DNA of 64,000 nucleotides from Nitrosopumilaceae archaeon (GTDB lineage: Archaea; Thermoproteota; Nitrososphaeria; Nitrososphaerales; Nitrosopumilaceae). The stretch lies in NCBI GenBank assembly GCA_965200155.1, contig CBDATR010000009.1:96001-160000 (forward strand), in the 5' to 3' direction. The position numbers were made by a program, and so were the translations under genes. Positions 21,968-33,570 of the stretch are shown here, piece after piece (positions within the stretch are counted from its first letter, which is position 1; the number at the start of each line of letters is the position of its first letter). Below the pieces are notes generated by a model. That model did no database searches. It saw nothing but the letters and a program-made list of their open reading frames with translations, and was not told the origin of the DNA.

Positions 21968-23215
21968 TCACTCTGTGATAGTATCTGTGACACCAATGTA
22001 GCTTTCCCCGGTGGGGACCCAATGGCCATTATCAGTCTTGTATACTATGTAATTACCAAGTGCCAAGTCTCCATACTCATTTAAGGTGCCGGATCCGTCA
22101 CTCTTCATTGTAGCTGCGACATCAAAGATTACTTCTTTTATATCGTCTACCTCGGCGCTTTGGGCCTCTATAATTGAGAGTCCTGCCAACCATACGGCAT
22201 CATACGATGCGTATACAAATGTAGATGGCTCAGTAGCACCTGTTGCATGGGTCAAATGCAGCTTTAGTCTGTAATCATTTCTTGAGACATCTGGTAGATA
22301 GCCTGTCAGTTCTACTTTATCTACAAATTCACTTACTATAGGGTCATTAATATCCGGATTTGTAACAAAGCCTTCTGCGGTATACCACTGTACTGAACTT
22401 AGTATTTCATAGTTTGATGCAGACTGCATGATTGATATGGTATTATCGAATTCTACAATGACTACAGCCACCTTGTCTTGTCCATATTCATCTGCTGCCT
22501 TTTGTACTTCACTAGCCAGGGCGGATACTTCTACAGAGAATTCTTTTTGTTCCGGACTGAGTCTAATTCCTTCCAGACTATTCAACCCACGGTCATGGAA
22601 GCTATTCCTTGTTTCTTCTACTAGTGCATCACCATATGTGTCTCCGCGCCATATTGGTACGAATATTTCATACCCATTTGCCTCCATGATTTTAGCAATT
22701 CCCTTACCTTGGATTTTATCATCTTGGACTGTTCGGAATATGTTGTCATCGGCGATTGCCAATGCTGGACTAGTTGAACAGCAACTTATGACTAGCATGT
22801 TATTTGTATCAGCATATGGTTTTATCTGAGAGACAGCTCCGCTACTTGGCGGCCCTATCACTATGTCAATACCTTTTGCGTTTATAGCTTGTATTTTTTC
22901 AAAGCTTATGGCTGGATTATTACCATTGTCTTCTCTAGTGAGAACAAAGTGCCATGACTCCCCGATTACCTCCAGATAGTGATTAAAGTCCTCAACTGCC
23001 AATGCAGCAGCGGCATCAATCTGACCACCAGTGGCAGACCAGTCTCCTGTTAGTGGGTATAAGGTGGCAATGCCTACCTCGCCCTCTACCATCATCATGG
23101 AATCTTCCATCATGGAATCTTCCATCATGGAATCTTCCATCATGGAATCTTCTTGAGCAAATGCGCTTGGTATTATGAAGCTCGCCATTATGACGAGCAT
23201 TATTGTTGTTTTCAT
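21968..23215 (-). CDS. ABC transporter substrate-binding protein (LivJ/K-like, periplasmic binding protein type 1)
   Basis: Signal peptide; LYPLTGD, IVIGPPSSG, STSPALA..DNIFR and YDAVW; EDSMM x3 N-terminal repeat. Confidence 0.88.
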   Translation of the reverse strand: MKTTIMLVIMASFIIPSAFAQEDSMMEDSMMEDSMMEDSMMMVEGEVGIATLYPLTGDWSATGGQIDAAAALAVEDFNHYLEVIGESWHFVLTREDNGNNPAISFEKIQAINAKGIDIVIGPPSSGAVSQIKPYADTNNMLVISCCSTSPALAIADDNIFRTVQDDKIQGKGIAKIMEANGYEIFVPIWRGDTYGDALVEETRNSFHDRGLNSLEGIRLSPEQKEFSVEVSALASEVQKAADEYGQDKVAVVIVEFDNTISIMQSASNYEILSSVQWYTAEGFVTNPDINDPIVSEFVDKVELTGYLPDVSRNDYRLKLHLTHATGATEPSTFVYASYDAVWLAGLSIIEAQSAEVDDIKEVIFDVAATMKSDGSGTLNEYGDLALGNYIVYKTDNGHWVPTGESYIGVTDTITE

Positions 23216-23363
23216 TTTATGTTATAATATGATTATAATATAAATGTCATGTCATGGAATTATACGATAGTCATAAATAGTATGGAGTAATCAACGGCCA
23301 TCTGACACTCATATTTAATCGCTTTATGATGGTTTTACTATTCTCTACATTCCAGAAGCCTGG

Positions 23364-24099
23364 TATGGGTTCACGTGATTAGAAACAGTCTGGTAGAATA
23401 GACCTTATGCGCATGGTTGACATCAGGTCGCTCCAAATTGGGGTGGAATGATACCAAGCGTGTGTTACAACCTGATTTTGCTTGAGCGACCTATATGGAT
23501 TCATTGAACTGGAATAGTAGTCCCCTTGTTTGTGCAGCCCGGATACTACAATCCGGAATTCATCACGACTGCCATTTAGCATGCGGATGACATGCTCGAT
23601 TAATATGCGCGGATATATTTCCTCGTGAGTGATTCTCCGCCTTTGCTCCGGTTAACATTCCATGGTATCTTGTAACTGCTAGGCGTGGTTGATTTATCCC
23701 CACCTGCCGCCAAGGAGAATCGTGTGTTTTCAATCTTGTTTGCTCCCTGATTTCTCTCGGGACGCTGAACATGTATTCTTCAGCCTGGAACATACTGACT
23801 TGATCGATATTACACTGATATCTGCTGTTGGATCATACCCCGCCTTGTAAACTGCATTTGAGTATCACTACCAGCAGCTCCTGTTTTGTATTGCAGCGGC
23901 AGAAGAGATGCCGAATGGTAACGTGTCCACGATCATTTGTAAGATCTAGGAATGCGACACCCCAGAGATTCTACATATTCCTTGAATCTGGCCAATATTC
24001 CGGAGAGCATCTGATCAGCGAATCCGTGCATTCTATGATATTCACTTCAAGTTTGGCGTGCAGACTTTAATCTCGGTGTGTAGCCGGATGTGAGTTCTT
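23364..24099 (-). mobile_element. Severely eroded IS5/ISL2 copy preceded by a degenerate IS66 end
   Basis: tagaccttatgcgca end at about 23399; collinear scraps of 3428-4582 (ggaattcatcacgact, catgctcgattaatatgc, cagcagctcctg). Confidence 0.7.
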
Positions 24100-24751
24100 G
24101 TATGAGTTCACGTGTTTAGATTGGCGTAATGCATTCTACGTATGAGTTCACGTCTTCGGAATCTTATGCACAAAAGAACCGGTTCTTTAACTGTCGCGAT
24201 CAGTTATAGAATGACCCGTTCCATTTAGACACAGGTGAACTCATACCATTCTACTACAGAAAGGCCCGGTGTGGACTTTAACTGGCCGGGAATCATTCCC
24301 GGAACACATCCAAGAATGATTCAATCCCCTCAGTAATTTGCGCGGACGACCCACAACGATTCAGGGATGATCCGGGCGTCCTGATAGCGCCCAGGTGCTG
24401 ATACACGCCATTCTGTGACTCATTCCATGGTAGCCGTCCATATGAACTACTTACATCATCCAAATCTAGCCACTGTTCTCCGCTATTCCACATGTACCAT
24501 GAATTGTTCCCAGGCATAATTGGCCCTGGAATGGTCGCCCCTTTATTTACCGCACCCAATTGGAATCATTCCCGCTCACTGCTACCGCACATTCTAGCTG
24601 GCATTAATTCCGTTATGTGTACTCTGTCGGGACAGGATATACGCCAGCCTTACTGTCTTTTGGCTATTGGGCGGCTAGAACAGTACCATAGCTATGCCGT
24701 CCCGTGGTTGGGCGGCTAGAACAATTTCGTGGCTATGCCACACTCTCATAC
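24100..24751 (-). mobile_element. Second internally deleted IS66 derivative with a nested MITE (24140-24246, TSD cattctac)
   Basis: Shares rearranged junctions with 2876-3360 (acagaaaggcccggtgtggacttta; catcatccaaatctag; ttccgttatgtgtactctgt). The right boundary is approximate. Confidence 0.72.
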
Positions 24752-24801
24752 AAGCCGGGTTGGCATCTGAACGCGTGAGACAACTTAAACTGAGAAAAAA
24801 A

Positions 24802-26631
24802 TTAACTAGTGATGGTAAAGGTTACAGTGTTGGACATGGTATGAGTTCCTGAGGGTCCAGGGGTTCTCACAAATGCCGTATATGTGTCAGCATCTAGGTC
24901 ATTGAGGGTATAGGAGTTAGGTGATACGCGTGCTGCTCCGCCTTCAATGACTCGATCTCCGTCCCCATCAAATACCGCCACGATATAGATAGTATCTGCC
25001 AAGTCGTTCCAGCTTAGAGTAACATCATTGCCACTTATGGTTCTACTTAGTACTAATGTCTGACTGTTATCAGGTGATGTCTGACTGTTATCAGGTGATG
25101 TCTGACTGTTATCAGGTGATGTCTGATCTTCACTGCTACTAGATGATGTAGTGAACTTTAGGGTTCCCAGAAGTCCAGTGGGATCACAGTATTTATACAC
25201 ATTTATGGTGTATGCAGTATCAGGTGTGAGGCCCGTAATTGTCAAGGGGTTTGATTCGAAATCCTCTATTTCAGCACCTAAAAACCCGGAGGAGGTTTCG
25301 AAGATACCGGCGGTTGTACAGGTTGCGTCTTGTGGATTATAGTCCTCTGAGGCGACCTCTATAGTTACAGAGGTGCTATTTTGAGTTTTGATTTGGGGTG
25401 GATCAATACCAGGATCACTTACGGTAAGTACAAATTCATCACGTATGATGTCGCTACCAGCAGTTGCTGTGACACGTAGAGTGTATTCTCCTGCTGCTGT
25501 TCTATCAGGCTCCAAAACGAGGTAACCATTTGATGTTCCTTCAGACCCAGGTAATGTCTTGTCGTTCAGGACCTCTACATTATATGTGATGGCTCTATCA
25601 TTATAATCAGTTGCATTTAGCTTTATTTGACGTGATGTACCCTCGTCCATGGTAATGTCTGGTATAGTATTAGTGAATCTGAGGGGGTTAGTATTGACAT
25701 TGAAGGTTGCTAAACTTAGCGCTTTGCATTCGTTGACCACACTGATGGTGTAATCAGTATTAGGTAAGAGGTTTGTGATTGTCATGTTACCATGAATAGT
25801 CAGAGATTCGGTCCAAATAAGCTTCCATGGGGAAGATTCAAAGACATCAGCTACTACACAAAGAGGTGAGTCTTTATCATTTGTTGGTTCAGTTCCAGGT
25901 ACTTCGATAGTTATAGAATTTGCCGTTCTTTTTGAGATTATAGGTGGATCTATATTGTCGTCATTTACGGTAAGTACAAAGTCCTCATGTATGGTGTCGC
26001 TACCAATAGTTGCTGTGACACGCAGTGAATATTGTCCACTATCGGTTCTGGCAGGAAGCAAAACAATGTGGTCTGTAATTGCACCGTCAGAAGATATGGG
26101 AGCTATGAATACAAAACTGGGTGCAGCCGTGCCGTCCTGTTTGGTTATTGCATATGTGACAGAATCACTCGCAGGGGTTACACTGAGTGGTATGGTTTTC
26201 TTCTCGGTCTCATCCATGGTAATGTCTGGTATAGTATTAATGGAACTAGAGGGAGCGACTTTTGTCTTAAACTGTACAATGTTGGACTTGACAAAGCCGT
26301 CTCCAATGGTTCTGACAAATACCCTATAGTCGGTGTCAGGAGTCAGTCCGGTAATATCATGTGTGGTTCCGGTAACGCGTGTTGCCCCAAGTCTATTTCC
26401 ATCTCCATCACGTAACGCCACGACATAATCGTTATGGTTTGAGTACTGATTCCATGTAACGGTGGCACCAGTGGAGGTGGTGCTAGATACAGATATGGTG
26501 ATAGACTCGCTTGCTTGAGCAAACGCAAGATCAGTGGCCGGTACTAATACTAGTAAAAGTGCAAGGAGGAGACCCCCCCCCCCGATTAAAGCTTTAAGTA
26601 CGATATTGCTACGGTTCGTAGATTGTAACAT
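24802..26631 (-). CDS. Secreted/surface protein with fibronectin type III and cadherin/Ig-like repeats
   Basis: Signal peptide (…AFA); ITGLTPDTDY, ITNLLPNTDY and ITGLTPDTAY FN3 motifs; duplicated IPDITMDE…YxLRVTAT…FVLTV domain; QTSPDNS x3 linker. Confidence 0.85.
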   Translation of the reverse strand: MLQSTNRSNIVLKALIGGGGLLLALLLVLVPATDLAFAQASESITISVSSTTSTGATVTWNQYSNHNDYVVALRDGDGNRLGATRVTGTTHDITGLTPDTDYRVFVRTIGDGFVKSNIVQFKTKVAPSSSINTIPDITMDETEKKTIPLSVTPASDSVTYAITKQDGTAAPSFVFIAPISSDGAITDHIVLLPARTDSGQYSLRVTATIGSDTIHEDFVLTVNDDNIDPPIISKRTANSITIEVPGTEPTNDKDSPLCVVADVFESSPWKLIWTESLTIHGNMTITNLLPNTDYTISVVNECKALSLATFNVNTNPLRFTNTIPDITMDEGTSRQIKLNATDYNDRAITYNVEVLNDKTLPGSEGTSNGYLVLEPDRTAAGEYTLRVTATAGSDIIRDEFVLTVSDPGIDPPQIKTQNSTSVTIEVASEDYNPQDATCTTAGIFETSSGFLGAEIEDFESNPLTITGLTPDTAYTINVYKYCDPTGLLGTLKFTTSSSSSEDQTSPDNSQTSPDNSQTSPDNSQTLVLSRTISGNDVTLSWNDLADTIYIVAVFDGDGDRVIEGGAARVSPNSYTLNDLDADTYTAFVRTPGPSGTHTMSNTVTFTITS

Positions 26632-26685
26632 TTTGATAAAATATGGTCTACAGTAATATAACTATTGTCATTACATTAGTTTGTT

Positions 26686-27819
26686 TCAATAGTACGAAAA
26701 GTAAGTCCGCTTAGGATCCGGCGTACAGTAGTTCAGATTGCACAAGCCACGAAATGATATGGTAGAGAGAATAACAGAGGAATCAAGACAAAAGAGGTGT
26801 TGCCACAACCAACATAGCTCAAGACCTGAAACAAGGCACGTACGAAGATTGTGAACCAGAGAACGGGAACGACTCGAGTAAAGATGGACAGGTCATGATA
26901 CCAATCACCGCTACCCAGATACGAATGGTAACTGAAGCATACAGCAAGGATCCCGCCGGAGTAGTACGTATTGCAAAGAGGCTTAGAGTATGAGTTCACG
27001 TCTTCCGGAATCTTGTGCACAAATCACATTAACTGTCGCGATCAGTTGTGCGTAAATTTAGACACAGGTGAACTCATACGGCTTAGACATAATACATATC
27101 GCGCAGTATATCGCATAATGAAAAAGAACGGTACGACAGGCTCATCACCTGCAAAGTCAGAGTGGGTACGCTATGAGCGTAAATATTCCAATGCAATGTG
27201 GCACTGGCATGTCATGAAAAGATGAGCGCTTCAGGGGACTGAATCTCATAGATGATGCATCCAGGTGCATAGTCGGAGCGGCACTATTTGAGCATGTAAC
27301 CTCAGAGAACGCCGTTCTATTACTGAGACTGGCAATGAAACGATTCGGCGCCCCTGCATCTTGGATAACGGCGCGTGTTTCGTAGGACAATAAAAGGGCA
27401 AAAAGAACTGGAAGCCCACTATTCTAGGAAGAACTGCTGAATCAAGACATCATACTAATCAATTCCAGACCATACCACCCGCAGACAAATGGCAAACTGG
27501 AGCGCTTCCATGGAATGATTGAGGATAAGATATGGCATTATGACAGTATGAGTTCACCTATGTCTAAATTTACGCACAACTGATCGCGACAGTTAATGTG
27601 ATTTGTGCATAAGATTCCAGAAGACGTGAACTCATACTTATGACAGTCTCCGGGATTATGTGGACTACTACAATGAGAGAAGATTGCACTTCTCACTGGA
27701 TAGATAACGGCGAGACACCACTCCAGGAATAAAAAGGCGACCAGACAATTAGGGCAAATGATGCAAAATGGATGGAGCGGGATGCCAATGACTAGCGGAC
27801 CGACTTTTCATACATTACA
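26686..27819 (+). mobile_element. Decayed IS481-family element with two nested MITEs (26988-27079, TSD ggcttaga; 27546-27637, TSD ttatgaca)
   Basis: TIRs and integrase remnants as above; TSDs read directly. Confidence 0.87.
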
Positions 27820-28521
27820 CCGGTTATGCAGTACGCCAATATTTAAATACTAGATGAAGGTAGTTAAGGTACGATTCCACCTAGTTATTGGCTAGAGAGG
27901 TTGCAGCAACTCCCAAGGAATCGTCTTTCATTTTGCTTCCCTTTATTCAACCATGACATGAAATGCCTGGCGCCATTAAGGGTGCCACGTATAAGAGTGA
28001 ATCACTCCCAATAATGACACTATGTTCTCCAACAAGTAACTTAACTATATAATTCCCAAATTAGTCGCCCAAAGACTTATGGTGGCCGCTATACGCCATA
28101 GACTTATAGAACACACTATATGTCTCGTCAAGCGCTGAAAACAGGAGAATAACATGCTGTTCACGTTTATTGATAGTAGAATCCGGTGACACAAGAATAC
28201 AGCTAAGCGCGCAATACGAAAACGAATAGACAAGCGCAAGATATCCGGTGACAGTAAGTTACTTCAGAGTGTACAGGACGTGCATGATTAGGGGCAGGGA
28301 TTTCTACCATCACATCAGAGGGTATTTGATGACTTACACTTCAAAAATCTAAACAGAAACCAAGATTGTGCTAATCATCGCCATCCATCTTGCGTAAATT
28401 GAGATATAGGTGAACACATGTCAAGCATGGTCGAGAGAAGGATTCAGAAAATGACCCATATACCAGATCCAGAGATTGTGGTGTTCGCATACTAATTAAG
28501 GCGCCTTACACAACAATAGCA

Positions 28522-29484
28522 ATGACAGGATTCGTGGAAGAGTGCTGTATACAGGTGATGGAAGGTACACCCATATCTCAGGATGATGCAAGACTGCTCT
28601 TTGAATCTGATATAACAGAGCTGGCTACAGCTGCCAACCACATAACCAGACATACACGGGGAGACATTATAGAGATAGAGCAGCTCTACAACATAAAGAA
28701 GAACGGGTGCAGTGAGGACTGTACGTTCTGTAGCCAGTCAGCCTTCTTTGATACAGAAACGGATTCTTATCAGCTGCCCCCTGCTGATGAAATAGTGCAG
28801 GGAGCACTGCGTGCCAAGAGTCAGGGCGCCACATCATACTGTTTGGTGGCCGCCTGGCGGGAACCATCAGATAGAGACTTTGAGAAGGTGTGCGATATCA
28901 TACTCAAGATACAGGCTGCCACAGACATTGGAATAGAGTGCAGTCTGGGATTCCTGAGTATGGAGCAGGCCAAAACCCTGAAACGGCTGGGGGTAAAACG
29001 TTACAATCACAATCTTGAGACGGCGCCCTCAAAATTTGCACAGATTTGCACGACACATACATTCCAAGACAGGCTGGACACACTACACAAAGCCAGGACC
29101 GCGGGCCTCGAGTTGTGTACAGGAGGCATTATAGGAATAGGGGAAACCAAGTCTCAGCGGCTGGAGCTTATTCTCGAGATAGCCAAGCTGCATCCAGAGG
29201 AGGTGACCATAAACATGCTGGTCCCCATACCAGGCACACCATTAGAGCTTCAAACGCCCCTGCCACCTCACGAGATAGGAAGGGTCTTTGCTGTAATGAG
29301 ATTCCTGCTACCCCAATCCACAATCAAGATATCAGGAGGCAGAGAGACGGCCACTCCAGACGGAGGCGAGTCCCTGCTGAGGAGTGGAGCTGACGGGATA
29401 ATAACTAATGGTTACCTGACCATACCGGGTAACACTCCCACCCAGGACGCGACCATGATACGGCGCATGGGCCTTGAGGCGTAG
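28522..29484 (+). CDS. bioB: Biotin synthase
   Basis: Radical SAM CSEDCTFCSQS, YNHNLET, CTGGIIGIGE, PIPGTPL, GGRE. Confidence 0.95.
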   Translation: MTGFVEECCIQVMEGTPISQDDARLLFESDITELATAANHITRHTRGDIIEIEQLYNIKKNGCSEDCTFCSQSAFFDTETDSYQLPPADEIVQGALRAKSQGATSYCLVAAWREPSDRDFEKVCDIILKIQAATDIGIECSLGFLSMEQAKTLKRLGVKRYNHNLETAPSKFAQICTTHTFQDRLDTLHKARTAGLELCTGGIIGIGETKSQRLELILEIAKLHPEEVTINMLVPIPGTPLELQTPLPPHEIGRVFAVMRFLLPQSTIKISGGRETATPDGGESLLRSGADGIITNGYLTIPGNTPTQDATMIRRMGLEA

Positions 29485-30595
29485 CATACCCCATATAACG
29501 CGTCATTTGGAACGTATTAGATCCCAGGGTCTGTACCGGAACATGCAGTATAGTCGCGTTACGGGTTCTCGTATTATCATAGGAGACAACAGTATGATAA
29601 ACATGGGATCAAATGATTACCTGTCCATACCTAGTCGCGCCATTCCAGGTAGTCACACCTCCAGTTCCCGACTGATAGCGGGCAATGATGAGGCATATAG
29701 TCAAACCGAAGAGTTGCTGGCCGGGAATAGAGGTCACCAGGCAGCCCTGATATACCCCACCGGATACATGGCCATCTCCGGGTGCATACCGGTTCTTGCC
29801 ATGCAAGGTCAGACCATACTCAGCGATGAACTGAATCATGCCAGCATAATAGAGGGCTGTCGCTTATCCGGAGCCAAGACCAGAATATACGCGCATAATG
29901 ATATGCAGGACCTGGAATCCAAGCTTGCCCAGTCTGGCGAGGATTCTATAGTAATTACCGAGGGCATATTCAGTATGGACGGGGATCATGCCATGCTACA
30001 AGATACATGCAGAATTGCCGCAGACCACGGTGCCTTTGTTATTGTAGATGATGCCCACGGGGACTTTGTGGTAGGCGAAGGTCACGGAACTCCCCGCATG
30101 ATGGGAGTGGAGAATGACACTTACTGCATCATGAGCAGCCTAAGCAAGGCGCTGGGCGCCTTTGGCGGCTATATTGCCGGAGACCAAGATGTGATAGAGA
30201 TGTTAATCAACACATCCCGTCCCTTCATGTATACATCAGCATTACCCACAGGAATAGTGCAGGACATACTATACCGGTTACAGTATGATGCAGATATGCA
30301 AAGGCGCCGACTGGAGAGGAACGTGAATAGGCTAGCCACAGGACTAGAGCAGATGGGATTATGTCAGGGACCCCAGACCCACATAATACCGGTCATGGTA
30401 GGAGATGAGCGCAATGCCACGGCTATTTCAGACGAGCTTGCCCGGCGGGGAGTATATGCACGCGCCATTAGATACCCAACAGTGGCGCGGGGCTCTGCAC
30501 GTATCAGGATATCTGTAACAGCTGCACTATCTGATGATGACATAGATTGCGTACTGGAAGCCTTTGATGGTGTCACATCGAGCATGCGTTCCTAG
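29474..30595 (+). CDS. bioF: 8-amino-7-oxononanoate synthase
   Basis: SNDYL, SDELNHASIIEG, EGIFSMDGD, DDAHG, SLSKALG and AIRYPTV; follows bioB. Confidence 0.92.
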   Translation: MRRSIPHITRHLERIRSQGLYRNMQYSRVTGSRIIIGDNSMINMGSNDYLSIPSRAIPGSHTSSSRLIAGNDEAYSQTEELLAGNRGHQAALIYPTGYMAISGCIPVLAMQGQTILSDELNHASIIEGCRLSGAKTRIYAHNDMQDLESKLAQSGEDSIVITEGIFSMDGDHAMLQDTCRIAADHGAFVIVDDAHGDFVVGEGHGTPRMMGVENDTYCIMSSLSKALGAFGGYIAGDQDVIEMLINTSRPFMYTSALPTGIVQDILYRLQYDADMQRRRLERNVNRLATGLEQMGLCQGPQTHIIPVMVGDERNATAISDELARRGVYARAIRYPTVARGSARIRISVTAALSDDDIDCVLEAFDGVTSSMRS

Positions 30596-30687
30596 TCAAA
30601 ACCGCCAAACATGGGAGACCCGGCAAAGAAGGCTAGAATGATCAGGCTACCTAACACCACACCTACCAAAACCATCCTCTTGTTCAC
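30592..30687 (-). CDS. Possible small single-pass membrane protein (VNKRMVLVGVVLGSLIILAFFAGSPMFGGFD)
   Basis: Hydrophobic 31-aa C-terminal part of the 30592-30906 ORF, with a GTG at 30687 and an AT-rich promoter-like stretch upstream. Confidence 0.4.
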   Translation of the reverse strand: MNKRMVLVGVVLGSLIILAFFAGSPMFGGFD

Positions 30688-30838
30688 AAGCGTTGCAAAG
30701 TACCGGATAATAAATAGTAAGTCAGGACGTTTCTGCGCAGGCAGGCATGGTGACACCTCATTCCACTCAATAATAGCCATGATGTGCATATCAAGGCAGA
30801 TTTCTGGATTTATAATGTAGTTCAGATAGTCCTGTTTC

Positions 30839-32065
30839 ATGACGGCAAGCAAGGAGGTAGAGGTACGGGGACACCTCATAGATTCCATGATTCTGGCAAA
30901 AGTCATGGACAGGGTAATGAATCACAAGGGCAGTTTTGAGTTCATAGACTTCAATGTAGGTACCAAGGTAAGTGACACCAGTTATGCGAAACTTCGCATC
31001 ATCGGACATGATGAGGCCCATCTCAAGAGCATACTAGATGACATCCACAAGGAAGGCGCAGAAGATATCATGCCAGCTCCCATTATGCTCATGGAGGCTC
31101 CCGATGACATGGTTTTGCCGGTGGATTTCTACAGTACGACCAATAACAAGACGCTACTATTCCATGACGATACATGGATTACCGTTGAGAACCAGATGAT
31201 GGACAAGTGTATCAGGGTAAGAGGTCATGAGGCCGCGTGTATAACCATACGGGAAGTCAGGAAGGGCGATATGATAGTGTGTGGCGAGATCGGCATACGG
31301 GTGGTACCACCACAACGACCCCGGGAAGAGGCCAACATATTCTCGTTCATGGGGAGTAGTAGCTCCAGCGAGAGGCCAACTCAGCATATAGCTAGGCGCG
31401 TCGCGGAGAACCTGCTTCGAACCAAGGAGAGGGGCGGCAAGGTCGTGATGGTTGGAGGGCCAGCCATAGTACACACTGGTGCTGCGCCATCAATAGCATC
31501 GCTCATACGCCGAGGTTACATAAACGGGGTTCTGGCAGGAAATGCCCTGGCAGTACACGACATAGAGAATGCCCTATTCGGCACATCCTTGGGGATGCAT
31601 GTCAAGAATGCCACTCTGGCCAGCAAGGGATACAGGAACCACATGGATACTGTGAATGCGGTATTCACTTATGGCTCCATACGAAATATGGTAGAGTCGG
31701 GCAGACTTAGTAGAGGAATATTCTATGAGTGCATCAAGGCAGATATCCCATTCGTGTTGGCGGGCTCCATAAGAGATGACGGACCATTACCGGATGTCAT
31801 TACCGATGTTGTGGAGGCCCAAAAAGAGTACAAAAAAATAGTAAAAGGCGCAGACATGGTTCTCATGATATCCACCATGCTGCACTCCATAGCCACGGGG
31901 AACATGTTACCGTCCAGTGTTGATATAGTGGCCATGGACATAAACCAGTCCACGGTGACCAAGCTTATTGACCGGGGTACATGGCAGGCACTGGGTATAG
32001 TTACTGATGTGGGTGCATTTCTGCCCCTAGTGGAGCAGATAGTGGTCAGTATGGAATCAGCATAA
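30839..32065 (+). CDS. TIGR00300 / LOR-SDH family protein (ornithine cyclodeaminase-like)
   Basis: GHLIDS, FYSTTN, GGPAIVHTG, GNALAVHDIE, LAGSIRDDGPLP, MLHSIATGN. Confidence 0.88.
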   Translation: MTASKEVEVRGHLIDSMILAKVMDRVMNHKGSFEFIDFNVGTKVSDTSYAKLRIIGHDEAHLKSILDDIHKEGAEDIMPAPIMLMEAPDDMVLPVDFYSTTNNKTLLFHDDTWITVENQMMDKCIRVRGHEAACITIREVRKGDMIVCGEIGIRVVPPQRPREEANIFSFMGSSSSSERPTQHIARRVAENLLRTKERGGKVVMVGGPAIVHTGAAPSIASLIRRGYINGVLAGNALAVHDIENALFGTSLGMHVKNATLASKGYRNHMDTVNAVFTYGSIRNMVESGRLSRGIFYECIKADIPFVLAGSIRDDGPLPDVITDVVEAQKEYKKIVKGADMVLMISTMLHSIATGNMLPSSVDIVAMDINQSTVTKLIDRGTWQALGIVTDVGAFLPLVEQIVVSMESA

Positions 32066-32119
32066 TTTGGGGAGCAGTATAATCATGGGCACACCCAATG
32101 CCCACATTGCAGCATAATA

Positions 32120-33286
32120 TCACGATGTGGCATCTATCTTGTCGCTGGTCTTTTGTGACTCTGTGACGCGATCAGCCCGGCCTTGGGGGTGCATATCCAT
32201 CTCAATGATATCACCGCCTATGGTTTTTAGTCCGTCGGCCACTTTTCTACACATTTGTGGATCCGGATCTAGGCCAAGCGTGTTCAGTAGGTGTGCAGCC
32301 CCGCCCGCACCGGTGAGACCGCCAAATACCACACGGCGACGGTTACCCACCATCTCCGGCGGCATTATCTCATAAGCCTCTGGATTACGCAGTACTGCGG
32401 AAAGGTGTGTCCCCGCCTTGTGCCTGTACGCGGAGGAGCCCACTATAGGCTGGCTCTCCGGTGTTGGAATGCCAGTATACATTTCCAGATGCTCTGACAA
32501 GTCACACAGGTTCCTAAGCCTGAGTCGACGGGAGGACATGTATGAGCGGGCAATTACTACCGCGGCCTCGGCCAATGCGGGTATCCCATTTCTCTCCCCA
32601 ATGCCGTTCACCGTTACGTGTATTTGGTCTGCCCCCACGGATACTCCCGCCAGTGAATTGGCCAGAGCCAAGCCCGTATCATTATGGGTATGTACATCCA
32701 GCCCACACCGTACCTCGCGCCTGATCATGGCTACAAACTGGGTCATCTGTTCCGGTACCATGCCGCCAACAGTGTCGGGCAGGCTAATCCTGTCCACTCC
32801 AGCATCATAGGCAGCGCGGGCCATCTTTATGGCAAAAGCTGGATCCGCCCTAGAACCATCCTCGAGTGTTAGTCGTATACTCATGCCGTATGACTTGGCA
32901 CGCTCTATGGCATCAACTGCCCGCCTCTCGGCCTCTTCCCGGCTTATCCGCAGCTTGTCGCGCATGTGTATGTCAGATATTCCGATATATGCGGCGCACC
33001 ATTTTGCTCCGCAATCTGCATGTATGTCAATGTCTCCAGGCAGTGCCCTGCCGTGGCTGACTACATCAGCTTGTAGCCCAAGGCCAAGAATGGTCTTGGT
33101 GGAAGACTTGTGGATTGGAGATATCACCGGCGATATCTCTATCTGATCCACCCCAAACGCGTCCAGTTCCCACGCAAGCTGGGCGCGCTGCTTCTCCGTG
33201 AAGGTCACGCCAGGGTGCTGCTCCCCCTCTCTTAGCGTACTATCCAACAGACGTATGGGCTCGCCCCGGCCGAAACTGGTTGTCAA
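32120..33286 (-). CDS. Homocitrate synthase / LeuA-family DRE-TIM acyltransferase
   Basis: DSTLREGEQ, LPDTVG, HTHNDTG, GIGERNG and HKAGTH; no LeuA regulatory domain. Confidence 0.88.
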   Translation of the reverse strand: MTTSFGRGEPIRLLDSTLREGEQHPGVTFTEKQRAQLAWELDAFGVDQIEISPVISPIHKSSTKTILGLGLQADVVSHGRALPGDIDIHADCGAKWCAAYIGISDIHMRDKLRISREEAERRAVDAIERAKSYGMSIRLTLEDGSRADPAFAIKMARAAYDAGVDRISLPDTVGGMVPEQMTQFVAMIRREVRCGLDVHTHNDTGLALANSLAGVSVGADQIHVTVNGIGERNGIPALAEAAVVIARSYMSSRRLRLRNLCDLSEHLEMYTGIPTPESQPIVGSSAYRHKAGTHLSAVLRNPEAYEIMPPEMVGNRRRVVFGGLTGAGGAAHLLNTLGLDPDPQMCRKVADGLKTIGGDIIEMDMHPQGRADRVTESQKTSDKIDATS

Positions 33287-33570
33287 TATGGACGAATATT
33301 ATAGGTGATTTAAAAAATCTTTACCCAACCATGTGGGTAATCATTTAAGTCGCCCTTGGGCAATCGTCCAAGATATACCGCCAGCATGTGTTGATCTTTA
33401 ACGCGACTCAAACAATTACATCGGACATTATGCAAATAGGTCTGCAAGACAACAAAGCACAAAATCCACCACTATCTTGGACTTCCTGACCGATATGCAT
33501 AATCTCCAATGTGTAGTTTCTCCAAATTGGGGCAGCATCTGCACTACAGATGTGCAGTAGGAGAAAATAG

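Noticed and set aside
24667-24740. Two copies of ttgggcggctagaaca…gctatgcc as a mini-CRISPR
   Set aside because: Only two imperfect copies, inside an eroded IS66 derivative.
33563-33570. gaaaatag before the IS66 tip at 33571 matching the TSD at 40297
   Set aside because: The 40297 MITE already has both TSD copies, so this is probably chance or target preference.
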